Positions 1-14,800 of a DNA stretch of 64,000 nt are shown here, piece after piece. The DNA comes from Balanoglossus misakiensis (taxonomy: Eukaryota; Animalia; Hemichordata). The notes under the pieces are model-generated. The model searched no databases. It was not told the origin of the DNA and worked only from the letters and a program-made list of their open reading frames with translations. The stretch lies in the NCBI GenBank assembly GCA_040954595.2, contig CM082583.2:8354154-8418153 (forward strand), given 5' to 3'. Within the stretch, counting starts at the first letter, position 1. The number at the start of each line of letters is the position of its first letter. Both the position numbers and the translations under genes were made by a program.

Positions 1-2034
1 GACCTGCAGTGTAATACACCCCATCAAAGGTCAGCATGATTGTTAGAAGGAACTCTGTGTGATTTTATCGTTTCACTCATTTTCTGTCGGTATTTACGTT
101 CAGTGTATTGTCCTAGATTTTCTTGTCCCACTGAGAGCCTAAAACACCCAGTATTCTGCTTGTTAGAGTACCTTGCATGTGGGTGAATACCTTACCTCCC
201 ACGACCTTGTGCACTGTATACCCAGATGCTTGATGACACATCTTCCAATCTCCACATCCTCTTCTCTGGATACAACATCAACCATACACTGATCAAGGTG
301 TGGGCATAAATCTAGGGGAAAAAATGTCAAATTGTAATAGCCCTTCAGGATTGCCTATTATAGACAATCAGGAATTTAGTACAACAAACTATTATGATTT
401 CACAAGAACAACAAAAATTGACATTATACACTTTGTACAGACTTACCCATCAAAGCAGCTCTGCTGAATATAACACCAGGACCTCCCATACAAAAACTGT
501 GGCCATCCAATCCCAGCTTATGCCTGACCTCGGGAAAGCCATACCCTGGCTGTCCAATGTATATCTGTTTTAATGCAAAGCATTGATAGAGGAAGTGATT
601 TTGTGTTACTTGTTTGTGAGTTTCAAAACTAAAGCACTATGCAAAGCTACATAAAAGCCATTATAATGTTTTGCTTTTCAATTTTCCATTACGTCCAATG
701 TATGATGCTTGCTAGTCTGATGACTGTGTTATGCCTGGATAGCATATTGCAAATTTAGCTTTGTTGAACAGAACAGCGGTAAAATAAATATTTAATGTAG
801 AAAGCCCACAAAGAATGATTGCTAAAGGCAGAAAACAGCAGCCGTTTGCAAATTAACTTTAAGAAACAAAGCAGAAAGTCGTAGAAAATCATAAATAAAA
901 CACAAGTTTCCAATGCAAAGTCTGAATTATTCAGAAGATATTGAATAATCAGTGTTTCTCTTTTCCTGAATCATGTAAAAGAACCTAATATCTGCTGGAC
1001 TGAAAGGATTTGTATGAATAACACAGTGCCTATTCAGGTGTTGTAAATCATCTCAGAAAGAGACTTCAAGAATGAAATGATACGTACAGAAATTCAATAC
1101 GTATAGCTCTAAGCATATAAAGTCAGATGCAGATGTGCTAATTTATCTTAATCTATCTTAAATCCATGTCATTCTTAAAAGAAACATGTCAGTATTTTAG
1201 TGAATGTTTTTTTCCATTGAGTTTAATGATGTACAGTACATCAGCTAAAGTGGGAGAAAAATGACTGAAATGATGTACTACCTCCTTGTACAACACACAT
1301 CACACGACAAAGTTTAATGTAGCAAACGCTAATTTCAATTACCAGGAGGTATTCTGATACAATAAGTGTTCAGTCATCCAAAACTGACCTTACATTATCA
1401 CGCTTTTTGGATAAAACATCAAGCTTACCTTCTTAGAGTGGTCGATTTGGCTCAAAAACTCCAACAGCTTGTCTACTTTAATGTAGACATCGTCATCCGC
1501 CCGCAGGAACCAGTTATAGTCATCAATGTAATGCTGGCACATGTACTTCAGCATCTGGAAGGCCTTCTGCTGTGGTGGGTAGACATCATCGTCTACGTTT
1601 GGCAATGCTACAATCGGTAGATTCGTCACATGTTTCACCTGACTGAAGAATTCCAATCGGGGCACATCTTGACCCCAAGTCCTGTTGCACGCGGTCGCCC
1701 GTGTCTGCAAGAACTTCCCGGCGGTTAACACACCCGCGTAGAACTGTTTTCTGAGCGGGCTATTTGTGCTGGACACAGCGGCACCATTGGCAGTGACTTT
1801 CTGCGTTCTCGTTTGTCCTTCCTTTGAAGTGTCATCGTTCCTCCTCCAAGAATAAGGCAGTCTGATTGGAATGGAAGGCAGTGGCTCCACCAGGAACAGG
1901 GTTGACAATCCAACTCCGAACATGATCCCGGCTATTATGGATAGAAATGTTTTGTCCTGAAGTAGTGACTGTTGAACGATATGTCTCCTTGACAACTGTC
2001 TTACCCTGCCAACTTTCCATCTTTTCTTCTTCAT
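1..2034 (-). CDS. CHSY1: Chondroitin sulfate synthase (CHSY1/3-like), 5' part; continues beyond left edge
   Basis: Exons 2034-1429, 564-447, 311-196, next acceptor at 4-6 (exon starts at 3); GT-AG, phases consistent. N-terminal TM anchor (FLSIIAGIMFGVGLSTLF), YPPQQKAFQMLKYM, WFLRADDDVY (DxD), IYIGQPG, FCMGGPGVIFSR, EDVEIGRC, QCTRSWE match the CHSY GT31 domain. Confidence 0.9.
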
Positions 2035-3917
2035 TTTCTGAAAATCAAGTCAAGTCACAAATTCATATTTTCTATGTAGCCTTGAGTTTCACTGAAATAT
2101 GCAAATTACTCATTACATATGCATGTTCATATATCAGAAACTCCCACCTTGCTCCATTTGAATACCATAAAACACCAAAATGATGTGAAACTCACTTTCT
2201 TTATTCCCATGAACATCCTGAACAATTACACAACTGCTGTAAAAATCAATTGGTGCCATATCCTCCAGCCATTTTTATTTTTTCAGACTCCGCGATTAAA
2301 TTATTGGAAGATATGATAGTGTATATTGCCTAAACCTTTGGCAGTGTTCACTGACTTTATTATTGTTGATGTTTTAACCTCAGTGGTTGTATTCTTTTTG
2401 TCCAACAAATGAATCAGAGCTTGTAGATTGAAGTTAACAGGAAAATTTCCTGAATAAACCGTGTGTACATTCTGCTTGCCAGTGCCGATTCAATTAAAAG
2501 GTTAGGTATTGAGGTTGAGCCACATAAAATTGAAATGACGCAGTGCATTTGCCTTGTGAGACCCAAGGGATTTTGCCGTTAGCTTTGCAACAAATCACCC
2601 ACTACTCTTTGATTGTTAATATTCATTGAATACTAACTCAAGATATTATAGCTTTTCATTTCTAAATATTCCCAAAGGAATTGTTCTGTATCTGATTATA
2701 CAGTGAACTTAAGCCAACCTCTAGTGGTTTTTTTGTGCAGTATTTTTTAGGAGTTGATTCTGACATTGAAACAAAAAGAAACACACAGTCACACAAAAAA
2801 ATAAAATTAGGCTTGTGCCTCTGTAGTAAACAATTTTATATACCATCCTGACAGGTCAGTTACAAGTGAATCATATTCAAGTATTATGCCAACATCTGCT
2901 GACACAGTTTTGTCTTAATTGCGATACTACAGGGCTTCAGCTTTGTGTTTAAATACATCATACAAGTTGTTGAAATCTCAAATAGCAGCTGTACGACACA
3001 AATTTGAGCTTTCGTGAAAAGATGAGAATGAAAGATAATCTATTAATGTAATTTTATATCAATTTTACTGTGCATGGTGATTGTATAAAGTGTTTGCCAT
3101 AAAGAGTGTAATTAAATGTACGTGCCACACAGAAAGATATGTGTAATAAATCACCTGCTAAGTTGCTGTAATGACATCAATCATTTTTATTTGTGTAAAT
3201 TCTATTCAGTTTTCTAGCAAGAAATGCATCTCAACCTGTAAACAGAACACTCGAGTGGGGGAAAAAAATAGTGACCAGAAGTATAGTTACATATGACATT
3301 TCACAGTGAAAAGGTTTCTAACACGCATTTTGTGTTTCTTCGTTTCTGCATTAAATCTGTCGGCGGAAGTAAAGGTTTCTCTCGGCAGAAGAAAAAGAGA
3401 GTGTTTGAATGCCTAACTGCGTCTGCAAATGACACCTGCGGAAGCCGTCATTATCGCTTCTAAATGGAGTGGCTAATGTATGGGCGGGTGTGTAAGGCAC
3501 ACTTTGATTTCAAAGACGAGATCTTACCCCCGATGACATTTCCAAACCATTAGTACCCCCGTACATAGGAGTATAATGACCCATTTCAGTGCTAATCAAT
3601 TTGGGACTCTACAAGTTGCAATGGAGCTCCGCACTAAATGCATCCCAGTTAAAACTCGATCCCTTAATTCCTTTTGAAGGAATTGAACTCGTCAATTTCT
3701 AGATCGTCGGTGCTATTTGAAATCTGGACAAAAATGCAGTTTAGATAGAACCTAACAGAAATAACAGAACATTTCTCACGATCAACTCACCCAGAGAGCA
3801 TCATCTCTTAATAACTGTGATAATTTTCTGAATTATATGTCACCTTTAAAATTTTGCTATAGAAGATACAGTTTCAACATCATAGTACAGGCAAAATAGA
3901 AAGTAGGTTTTACTTAC

Positions 3918-4084
3918 AGTTGCTGAACAAGTTTACTTGCTTTGAACGTGTTTGTCAGTGTAGCCAACAGAACGGCCACAAAGCTACATTGTATATAGAT
4001 TTCCCCTCGAGCTGTACCAAGCGAAGGCTATGGGCCGGCTGCCCTGAGTAATGATAAATCTTTGCTTCTAAGAGTCGACACAAA
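3918..4084 (-). other. Candidate 5' UTR exon of CHSY gene
   Basis: Poly-T+AG acceptor at 4085-4095 and GTAAGT donor at 3917-3912 on - strand. The ATG at 2034 lies 3 nt after an acceptor (TTTTCAG|AAAATG), so upstream exons are needed. An in-frame TAA in this exon makes it UTR. Confidence 0.5.
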
Positions 4085-7000
4085 CTAAAAAAAAATCCCA
4101 GGAACTAAATCAAAAGTAATACAGCTAATATTGCAGCGCTTTTCTCACTGTATAAAAGCTTTACTCAGTAACTGCATTAAAGCTTTCAAATAATTTGGGC
4201 CAAACTATTTTGAAGATGGGGGAGCATGTGATCCATATGCAACTGTTGTATTCATCAGGAGGCAATTTCCTGTAAATGTATATACCTGTTCATAAATTCA
4301 AATATCGTTTTCAAGTTATTGTGCGTGGGGAAGTGTGTGCCTCTTCTGTTTCCTGGGCTGCATTTTGATTAACGTCTTTCAAGTAAAAAGGTAGTTGTTA
4401 ACAGACTATTCAGGGCTGTATGAAAATATAAATTCTGCACAGATTTGAGTTCTTTATAGTGTTCGCCACAAAATGTAATGAACAGTATCCATTTCATTAT
4501 TTTAGATAACAAAAAATTTAATGAAACTGAGCCAGGAAAACTGTGATGTGTTTTTTTCCTTCTCCCGTTTCAAATTGATGGAATTATTATGCGATAAAGG
4601 CAACAATTGTGCTTGGCGCCAGTATCAAAATTGATTGCTACGGATACTGATTCCTGTTGGCTCTGATTGCATCATTGATGTGGAAATATTATTAGTTTGT
4701 CCCATCCGAACATCATTGCTGTAATTGTTATGATCAGCACACCGACCCACATCGATGACTCAGTAGATGATCAAATTACGGTGGCCATCCTAACGTATCT
4801 AAGTCTACAAAAATGTATATCTTTGAATGACATTATGAGATGCATCAACACTTACTCCTGTAGGCATACGGAGAGAATACTAATATAAAATAAATTGTCT
4901 TTTCATTTGAAGGAAACAGCTAGGCTATTATCACTCAGACAGCCAGACTATTCTCCATCAAGAGTTTCTAAAATCCCGATTCCTATTTCTCAAGGAGGTG
5001 CACTTAACTAAAAGCAAAACAGAATTCCTTTTATGACTTATGATTTAAAAAATACATGTATATTGTATATTGCTTTGATTGCTTCCACAAAAAACAAACA
5101 TTGAAATGCACCTATTCCAACTAGCTTGCACATTGTCAAGATGATTTTAGAATAGTCACCTCAAAGCAGTAATGATTCGATTTACCTGTCATGGAGCCAG
5201 CGGCTAATCAAATTGCAACTTGCAAAAGAAGACAGCTGATAGAATCCCAGATCCAATTGTAACTTGACCATTTGCATCGTTTTCTGCAAAGCCTGCGTAT
5301 AAGCTCTGGCGCAGTTTGCATTGAAATACGATCATTTGCCGTGAGCTTTCTTTTCTGAGAGAGAAAGAGAGAGAGAGAGAGGAAGAAAGGGACCCGAGGT
5401 GTGCCATCAATAGAGCCGCAAGATCAATCCAGTGATTGCAATTCAAGTCACCATTTCAGATCTCCGATACATATCAGCAACCTCAGCTACTTCATCCCGC
5501 TTGCCGCCAAGATCACTCTCGCCAAATTGTTCATACACACTGCTCTCGTTTAAACAAACAAACAAGGAATGCTTTTTTTTCAAAAGGAAATGCCACCAAA
5601 ATTATTGAAAACCAAACAAATAAATTACAGAATCAATATATGATTAAATTAGTTTGTATATAATCTGTTCAATCTTTAATTACCAAATAAAATGCACATT
5701 TTCTTTCCTTTTCTTCTAATAATGATCAATTTTAAATTTATCTTGCAGTAAATTACATCCTAATTTAAGCTCAAGCGGCACTTTAATTACTGACTTTGTT
5801 CGGCTGTAAATTTTGGCTCGCCTGTTTATAGACTCTTCAAAGAACACTATTTTCTAGTGCGTTGACCTTTGACATTTGATGCAGAATTCTGCATTTTATC
5901 GAAGATTTCAATCTGGAGCTGACTCGACCCGGGTGCATCACTTGTGAGGCAGGGATCACTTCCTTTAATAGCAATCACGGAGAAGGCAACCGGGCATGTC
6001 ACCAAGTCATCTCGGTGCGGTCATTAAATCTTGCCGGGGAAGTGCGGGTATATTTTACGGCAGCAAATGCATCAACCAATGAACTGCATCAACCCTCAGA
6101 CGTCCAGGATATGAGAAAAAATTATCTCCAGAGAGCTATGGCAGGAAAATTATAAACTTTGAAGTTAGGGTCTTTTATTCATCATTATAAGAAAGGCATA
6201 AATAAAGGTAAAAGATATTATTTCATAAACTGTAAATGTCAGTGATCATTATATTGTCATTATCCAGTTTAAGTTCCCAGTTTAACAATTTTCCCCTCAT
6301 ATTGTTTTTCCGACGACTCCACTAATATACTGTACCATTGAAAGTCCATGTGAAATACCATTGAAACATGTCATTGTCACTTGGATTGTACATGTACATT
6401 AATTTTCCTTTCATTTTTCTACATTTGTAGACATTGCCTAAAAAAAAAAAATTCAAAGAAAAAAGAAGTCTGCATTGGATAAGCAAAATTACCATGGAAA
6501 CCAGTATTTAGCAGAACTTAATTTTCACCCTGAAGCGATTTCCAATTTCTTTAAAAGTCTCTTCCTTGTCAAGCCAAGCATTCGGGTGCAGGATATTTGC
6601 ATGCTTTCTCATTCAGTCTTAATGGTCAGCAAAAGAAACCCAATTAGTCGAGTAAACGAGACCACTCTGTCATGATTAAATACAAGTTCCATGTACAGAG
6701 AGAGAAGCTTCAATTCATCAAGCAGATAATAGCTCATTTACTGTCATGTTTTTGGGCTACCCGAAAGAAAAGATAAACGTGCGACTGAAAACAAGACACG
6801 TCACAGCTTTCAAAACTGTATTTACTCGTTTAAATGAGCTGCGTTCTTTGTATATAATCAACAATGTCAGCTTTGTGCTTGTGTTTATAATATGATACAG
6901 GGTATAAGCTCATACTTAATGACCGAGATGTAATATTGACTAAGATGTATTCACAAATACATGTACCATTAGGAAAAATGAAGTTTTCAGGTATCTCAAT

Positions 7001-8069
7001 CCAGAAACCCTTTTTGTGAAAAAAAATCATCAACTAACACTGTTTCGTCGTAGCCATTAAATGTGCTTTCAGAAATTACTCAACTGCATTGAAACGCTCC
7101 ATTACCAGTTTTTACATTTCATTTATACACAGCCCATTATCTAATGTTAATGCAAAATTCTTCGTGTTTTTGAATTATTTTGATACCCTGGGAGAGTTCA
7201 AAACTGTACAATAAGAGGCAGGATGTGAAGCAAATGTGATAGAATGTACATTTTGTATTATACTCTTGCACGTTATGCAAAGCTTTCACTTTATGTAATC
7301 TGAGGAAAGTGAAATTTGGTTTGGGGGAGAGTGACCTTGATGACCCTTACTTTGAAGACATACTGAGTACTCGTCATTTTGGTGATCATATTTTGCCCAG
7401 TTTTAATGCAATAATCCATTGCATAAACAACATATATTTCTGTGTATAAGATATGTCGTTTTCATCTCAGTAATCTTTGTCAGTTATGAAACATTGTGCT
7501 ATTACAGTATACATGATGTTTAAAAAGTATCAAAGCTTATCTGTTTTTAAAAGTCAAAATTGACAGAAACACTTAATGTGACTGTCAAGGAGATTTAAAA
7601 GATGAAATCATGTCTGATTTTTATCCCCCCAGAAATAGACTTTTGAATTATGACAGTGTTCCTGCTAAGGCTTATAATCTGTTGTGCTAGTTGTGCAGTG
7701 TTTAAGATTGAAAGATGATGAAAACAAACTGTCAGTAAAGTCAATTAATTTTTAGCTCAACTTGACAAAAATCTAGTCAGAATGGGTTGTCAATAAATTT
7801 GCTCAGCTTAAATATATAATACATTTAAAGTCAGACTAATTTATTTCAAATTGACACTACTGTGACATTTACGCATCTTCTTAGATAGGCAGACAATACT
7901 TATTCTCTTCTCTTTTTATTAGGATGTGTGCTCGTTAAACCATTGGCCAATTTAACTCGACCACTCAATTTCCTCTCATAAATTGTGAGCAAATTGAGTC
8001 AAAATTGATTTCCGCTCACTGTGTATTTAATGCCTAATTACCGATTCTTCCCAAGGATGCGCTGAAAAA

Positions 8070-8450
8070 CTTGGAGTTAGGGAGTCATGCTGTATAAAAT
8101 TACTGGCTTAGGGATACCTTCAGTACTAATGGTGCTTGGGAGTCATACGGCAAAGTTAAATTCAAATGGCTTAGGGGTACTTTTGACACTTGCTGTGAAT
8201 ATAATGTTGCCAGTGGGTCTTGCTTAATAAGTTAATTACTGCTACTGCACAGTACAATCACATCAAGTGACATTGCAAAGGGTTACCACCAACAGTTACT
8301 CTATATCGAATATTGCTGGGGAGTCTAGCAATAAATCACTGAGTTAGGTATACCTGCAATATTAGCTGTGACAGTAATGGTGCCAGGGGAGCCTAGTCAT
8401 AAATAACTGGTGCAGCAGTTACTGTGATTGCTTGGGTGAGTATAATATTG
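8070..8450. repeat. Degenerate minisatellite-like repeats
   Basis: Recurring imperfect motifs GGGAGTCAT / TGGCTTAGGG / TAATGGTGC at roughly 60-70 bp spacing. Confidence 0.35.
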
Positions 8451-9966
8451 CCTCTTTATCACTGGTAGGATCCTATTTGACATGTAACCCACTGACGCAT
8501 TTTATAAAAAATGTCAGTTGTTTCCTGAAAGTGGATAAATCATTTACTTCCGAGCTGTATAAAAAATAACGCTTTCAATTTGTTATTGGAAATGTGCAGT
8601 TATATACACACACTGAATGCACATACTTTTATTTGACAAAAAAAACTGGAAACCAATGAATAGTTCACCTAATTAATTCACAGCAAAAAAATCACAAGAT
8701 AAGCACCCTTTAATAGTATATCAAACCCACCCCAGATATAAAATGGTTCTGCCCTGAAACGTGACGCCAACGTAAGGCAAAAGAAAACCCTCAGTGTGCA
8801 TGTAGGTTCATAAATTACTTAAATATTCAGTCTGACGCCGGAGCAAATATGCTGCTTTGCTTTAACACTGCAGCAATTTTATCAATCCAGATAGCTGTGT
8901 GTCGTGTAAATTGACAAAGGCAGTCTTTGGAGAACACCTACGCTCATATGTTGCTTGTGTATAGTCACTCCAATTCAAAAGGCAGTGTATAATTCTCTGT
9001 TGAGTGTGTTAGGAAATAGTAATCTGAATCGTCGCATATCTTACATCAAGGTAGGTGCGATCAATCTCATAACAGCAGCTGACAATTTTCATGCTTCATG
9101 AAAACAAAAATGATCTCACAGGTGATGTACTCTTTGAAGCCTGTAAAAATTAAATCAGATTACTATTCAAGTCACATCAAAACTTGAAGTTGACTTAATC
9201 GTTGCTTAAATCCATGGAAAGATCGATGCAAATCCGAGGTGGGGACAGGAATTTCAGTATACTGAAGTCGAATGTCAGTGCTAATTTGTAAATATCAAAT
9301 TGTGCCTTCCTATAAAAATCAGCAGATATAGTCAAAATCAATGACAGTTACTTTGATAAGGTTCTCCTAATCAAAAGCGAAACTGCAGTTTAACACTAGA
9401 TTTTATTGTTTCCTCTGCTTCCTCACATATCAACAGCTGTGATTGATTTTGTCATAAACCTGTGAAGATATTGAAATCTCATACTGAAAAAAAATGATTG
9501 ATGGATACTTGAAATTCATGGCACATAGCAGCTCTCCTGTTTTTCTCCTTTTCACCTGTCTGCTACAGTTACTTCTTTTCTCGGCAGGATCTTTTTATGC
9601 AACATGCCCCAGAGTATTTGTATCAAGTTTAGTGTACTGGCTGTTGCTCGCTGCACAAAAATATATTCAGCTTGTTGGTGCATAATTTGCTCGAGAAAAC
9701 AATTCAGTGTAATAATTGCTTCAGTGTAGCCAAATTAATTGACTCTATTGGTCCAACTTTTGTGGGACATTTTGTGAATTAATTTTAAAATCTCTGGGTT
9801 TTGTCTTATAGAACTTTTGTACTAACAGAAAGTTTTAAGTCCATGGACATTAAATACTTTAATCAACGAGATGTTTAAATTAATATACATTAATAAATGC
9901 AAGAATATTTTTATATGATACAACATTTCTTTAACTCCATAAAAAATAACTGTAAACAGGACTTAC

Positions 9967-10090
9967 TTGTTTATATTCCCCCCGATTGAGTCAGTCTCCA
10001 AACACAGATTGAGTGAAAGTATATCTTCAGAATTCCCATCTGCTGCTTTTGTTTACCATGACAACAGATAGATTTTGCTCCTCATCCCAA
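9967..10090 (-). other. Candidate 5' UTR exon of CHSY gene
   Basis: Acceptor CTCTCATTTTACTCTGACAG and donor GTAAGT on - strand; stops in all three frames. Confidence 0.4.
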
Positions 10091-10215
10091 CTGTCAGAGT
10101 AAAATGAGAGATTATGCATGTAACATGCTGACAATATACTGAGCTGATCACACTTCCTTTGGGCTGATCTATGTGACCTGAAACCTCCCACGCTGAGTGG
10201 AATGATCCTTGTGCT

Positions 10216-10444
10216 TTAAGGGGGCAACCATTTGTCAGTAGGGAGGGAGGTTAATATGGAAAAGTGTGAAATTTAAGTTTTCGAATGTTTAAGTCTTCTT
10301 ATAGATTAATTGCCAGATTGAAGGATACATTTTCTGGTGATTTTTAAAGGTACACATGATTTACCAATTCTAATGTGCAACATATATATTTTTTTATTTT
10401 GACAAGATTTGTCCCTCCCTATAAATGAAATGGATTCCCCCTAA
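10216..10444. mobile_element. Degenerate MITE with TTAA-like ends
   Basis: TTAAGGGGGCAACCATTT ... AAATGGATTCCCCCTAA imperfect TIRs, plus internal TAGGGGAGGGA / TCCCTCCCTA inverted pair. Confidence 0.5.
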
Positions 10445-11391
10445 CCGCATTGAAGTCACCCACCCGTGTATTTGCCAATCTACAACTGATGTTTAACGGA
10501 CCATGTTTAAACTCATTTTCTTAAAAATTCAATTTCCTTTCAGCTTTCAAGTACCTATACACTAGAGGTCAACTGAAAAGGCCAGGCAGGCGCTGTAGAT
10601 AATGAACGAGCAGGCAAAGAATCCAAGAGGGGGGAAAAACACACACAAGATCTTAAAGTAGTAAGATCACATGAAAGCCCCCTTGGAAAGTAACTTCTGA
10701 GGCGTCCAATTATTACAAACATCATGCTTTCATTTTTGACTCTTTTCACAGCGCCCTCACACGGTGACAACTGAAGATGGATGGGTGGTTGGGACATTTA
10801 TGCGTCGCACGCTGACATCATCCGTCTTGCCAACCGCAAAATGATGAAGCCTGCTGTGTGAGTCAGCGAAGCGATTGTCTCACAGACAGATTACTGTGCC
10901 AGGAAGCATGCTCATCAGTGGATTAAAACCGACTGCATGTCTCCTATGACAGGTACGGTATATAAAACTTCCCAGTGATAACATCTGAGACAGGGGAATA
11001 GTTACTTTCAGGTTAAAAACACTGTTTTTGTGGGTTTTTCCCCATTAGAGCTAAGTTAATCTAATTCACGTACTGATGGTGCCGTGTACTTACAATTGTA
11101 GTTCTCTTAAAGGAAAAAGATTACACAGGAGCTATCACAATTGTATTTTCTGCGATAACAACATTTGAAGATTGCTTCCTATCTGTCCTCGACTGTTCTG
11201 TTCATTTCACAGTAAAAAAGAAACCTGTGTATAGAATGAATGAACAGAGTAAAATGTCATCGCCCATATGTAATTGAATTCACAGCGCATTCAAGTCTTA
11301 TACACATGGATGAATGAATGAACAGAACAGGAACAATATCAATTTGTTAAACAGTGACTAAAAGGAGACAAATGGATTTTTAAACATTTAC

Positions 11392-11826
11392 CTGCGAGAT
11401 TGACGGGCAGGAGAAATTGAAAAATCTTTCCATCATTTTGCGGTTTTTCTGTGCATTACTTTTTTGGAGAAATATGAAACTTAGGAATTCGAAAAATAGT
11501 CATTTTTATAAATTCGCATAATTTAAACTTTTAAATCTATGAAAAAATGATTATTGGTGCAAAAATAGATAGGACAAATTAAATACATGTACTTACTGAT
11601 ATCTATCAAGTCAAGATGAACTGGCAGATAAAATACTGGATGGAGATCGATTGACAAATTATAAAAGAAGGAGAGAGATAATGAAATTTCATAATGTAAC
11701 ATATCACTAAACCACCATCCGTTTTTAACACGCAGAACTGTACCGGTTTGTGTCGTTCCACGTTTCTTCAGTGATAGCCGGGCGTGATTTGAGTGAAATC
11801 AAGACATCCAATCAAGTGAAATCGGC
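11392..11826. promoter_or_regulatory. Putative bidirectional promoter region for CHSY (-) and CHPF (+)
   Basis: - strand donor CAG|GTAAAT at 11392/11391 (candidate CHSY first exon) lies ~430 bp from the CHPF ATG at 11827; the genes are divergent. Confidence 0.4.
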
Positions 11827-14800
11827 ATGGCGTTGAAGAGGGTGTCTTGTTTACCGATGCTCGGAGGATTCTGCGTCGGCATGCTGATCTCGGCTTCGTT
11901 AGTTCTCTTTGCAACTCCGCACAGGCAGCGTAATCACCCGCCGGAGGCCAGCTTTCGCGAGTCCGACGGTTCGCCCGGATCCGCACACGCACGGACGAAC
12001 AACAGGAACTTAAAGAACGACGAGTCGGTCGGCGTTGAATCCCCGCCGCAACCCGGCGACGCTCGGCACCACCGCTCCGCCGGCAGCTTCCAAGTCGCCG
12101 CGGCCGACGGGAGACAGCACAGCGGCGTTCCAAGATTCGCCCGGGGTGAGCTATCGATGCGCAAGTTACTCTACTCGGCAGTAAACGTGGCCGATTTCCA
12201 GATTAATCGCTGGGGTAAAGCTGTGAAGGAGACTTGGGGACAGTACTCGAAGGATTACTCTCTCTTCATCAGCACGGCTGGAGATGGCCCGACTACAGAT
12301 ATCAATCTACCCGTGGTTACGCTAGCAGGTGAGTTAAACTGCCTAGACAACTTACGCTGATTGGAATCCCTGATAATTACTCGCATTGCTGTTCGGCTCT
12401 ATCAACTGATAAGATTGATTCGTTTTGCAGGCCAAAGTAAATTCCGTCTGATATTAATCATGGAAAGCCTCGTTTGACAGTCTCATCTGCGGGATTTGGT
12501 AATATTCTGTCAATAAAATATATTCAATGCAGTGAATTTTTTTCCATTCCAATGTACGTGCTGCTGGGAATAATTTTAAAGAGTGAAGAGCCAGCTTTAG
12601 ACAGAAATTGTAAGTTTGATGAATGCTTTGAACCACAATGACACGCATGCATATGCATGCATCTTTTTCTGAGTTTTTGAAGGGCTCGCTAATTAAATAG
12701 GAGAGGATGTGATGAAAAATTCCATTGAAATTCTTTGTATCTGTTAGTCCCTGCAGCACCTGAACGCGACTTTAATTCCATTGAAGCGGAAATAGGGGAA
12801 TCAAACAAAATTTCAATAAATATGAAGAGTGAGAAAGTGATGATATCACATTCCTCCCTGTATCTGCGCGATCGACATCATGATTAAATTTTGTCGATGC
12901 CCCTCTTACAAATGTTGTCTTCGACAAATGAAACATTTCCTTCTTTAGGCAAATATGCTAAGGCTGTACCAAATCCATAAAACCTTACTTTAAATGCCAA
13001 GATGATTACTACACAACTAAAGTTCACCAGGTCTGCACCAGGTGCGGTGCATGTCCGGTGCATGTCTGACCAACAGGTCATGTGCAGCAATATGGCCCCA
13101 GACCTGCAGCAGTCTGCTGGATCAGACCTGCACCAGGCCTGTCCCGTCAGACCTGCACCAGGCCTGTCCCATCAGACCTGCACCAGGCCTGTTCCGTCAG
13201 ACCTGCACCAGGCCTGTCACGTCAGACCTGCACCAGGCCTGTCACGTCAGACCTGCACCAGGCCTGTCAGAACAGACCTGCACCAGGCCTGTCATGTCAG
13301 ACCTGCACCAGGCCTGTCACGTCAGACCTGCACCAGGCCTGTCACGTCAGACCTGCACCAGGCCTGTCACGTCAGACCTGCACCAGGCCTGTCACGTCAG
13401 ACCTGCACCAGGCCTGTCACGTCAGACCTGCAGCAGGCCTGTCACGTCAGACCTGCACCAGGCCTGTCACGTCAGACCTGCACCAGGCCTGTCACGTCAG
13501 ACCTGCACCAGGCCTGTCACGTCAGACCTGCACCAGGCCTGTCACGTCAGACCTGCAGCAGACCTGTCAGAACAGACCTGCAGCAGGCCTGTCACGTCAG
13601 ACCTGCAGCAGACCTGTCAGAACGGACCTGCACCAGGCCTGTCCCGTCAGACCTGCACCAGGCCTGTCACGTCAGACCTGCACCAGGCCTGTCACGTCAG
13701 ACCTGCACCAGGCCTGTCACGTCAGACCTGCACCAGGCCTGTCACGTCAGACCTGCAGCAGACCTGTCAGAACAGACCTGCACCAGGCCTGTCCCGTCAG
13801 ACCTGCACCAGGCCTGTCACGTCAGACCTGCACCAGGCCTGTCACGTCAGACCTGCACCAGGCCTGTCACGTCAGACCTGCAGCAGGCCTGTCACGTCAG
13901 ACCTGCACCAGGCCTGTCACGTCAGACCTGCAGCAGACCTGTCACGTCAGACCTGCACCAGGCCTGTCACGTCAGACCTGCACCAGGCCTGTCACGTCAG
14001 ACCTGCAGCAGGCCTGTCAGAACTGACCTGCAGCAGGCCTGTCAGAACAGACCTGTTGCATGTCTGTCAGAACAGACCTGGTGCAGGTCTGGCAGATCAG
14101 ACCTGTGGCAGGTCTGACAGATCAGGTCTGGTGCATGGCTTGCATGTCAGACATGCAGCATACCTGACAGGGCAGGTATGCTGCACGCATGTGACAGACC
14201 CGGTGCAGACAAATCCTGGTGCAGGTCTGTCAATCTTTAGCTGTGCACAACTAAAGTTCACCAGGTCTGCACCAGGTGCGGTGCATGTCCGGTGCATGTC
14301 TGACCAACAGGTCATGTGCAGCAATATGGCCCCAGACCTGCAGCAGTCTGCTGGATCAGACCTGCACCAGGCCTGTCCCGTCAGACCTGCACCAGGCCTG
14401 TCCCATCAGACCTGCACCAGGCCTGTTCCGTCAGACCTGCACCAGGCCTGTCACGTCAGACCTGCACCAGGCCTGTCAGAACAGACCTGCACCAGGCCTG
14501 TCATGTCAGACCTGCACCAGGCCTGTCACGTCAGACCTGCACCAGGCCTGTCACGTCAGACCTGCACCAGGCCTGTCACGTCAGACCTGCACCAGGCCTG
14601 TCACGTCAGACCTGCAGCAGGCCTGTCACGTCAGACCTGCACCAGGCCTGTCACGTCAGACCTGCACCAGGCCTGTCACGTCAGACCTGCACCAGGCCTG
14701 TCACGTCAGACCTGCACCAGGCCTGTCACGTCAGACCTGCAGCAGACCTGTCAGAACAGACCTGCAGCAGGCCTGTCACGTCAGACCTGCAGCAGGCCTG

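Noticed and set aside
5355-5385. (GA)n tract
   Set aside because: Short, ordinary microsatellite.
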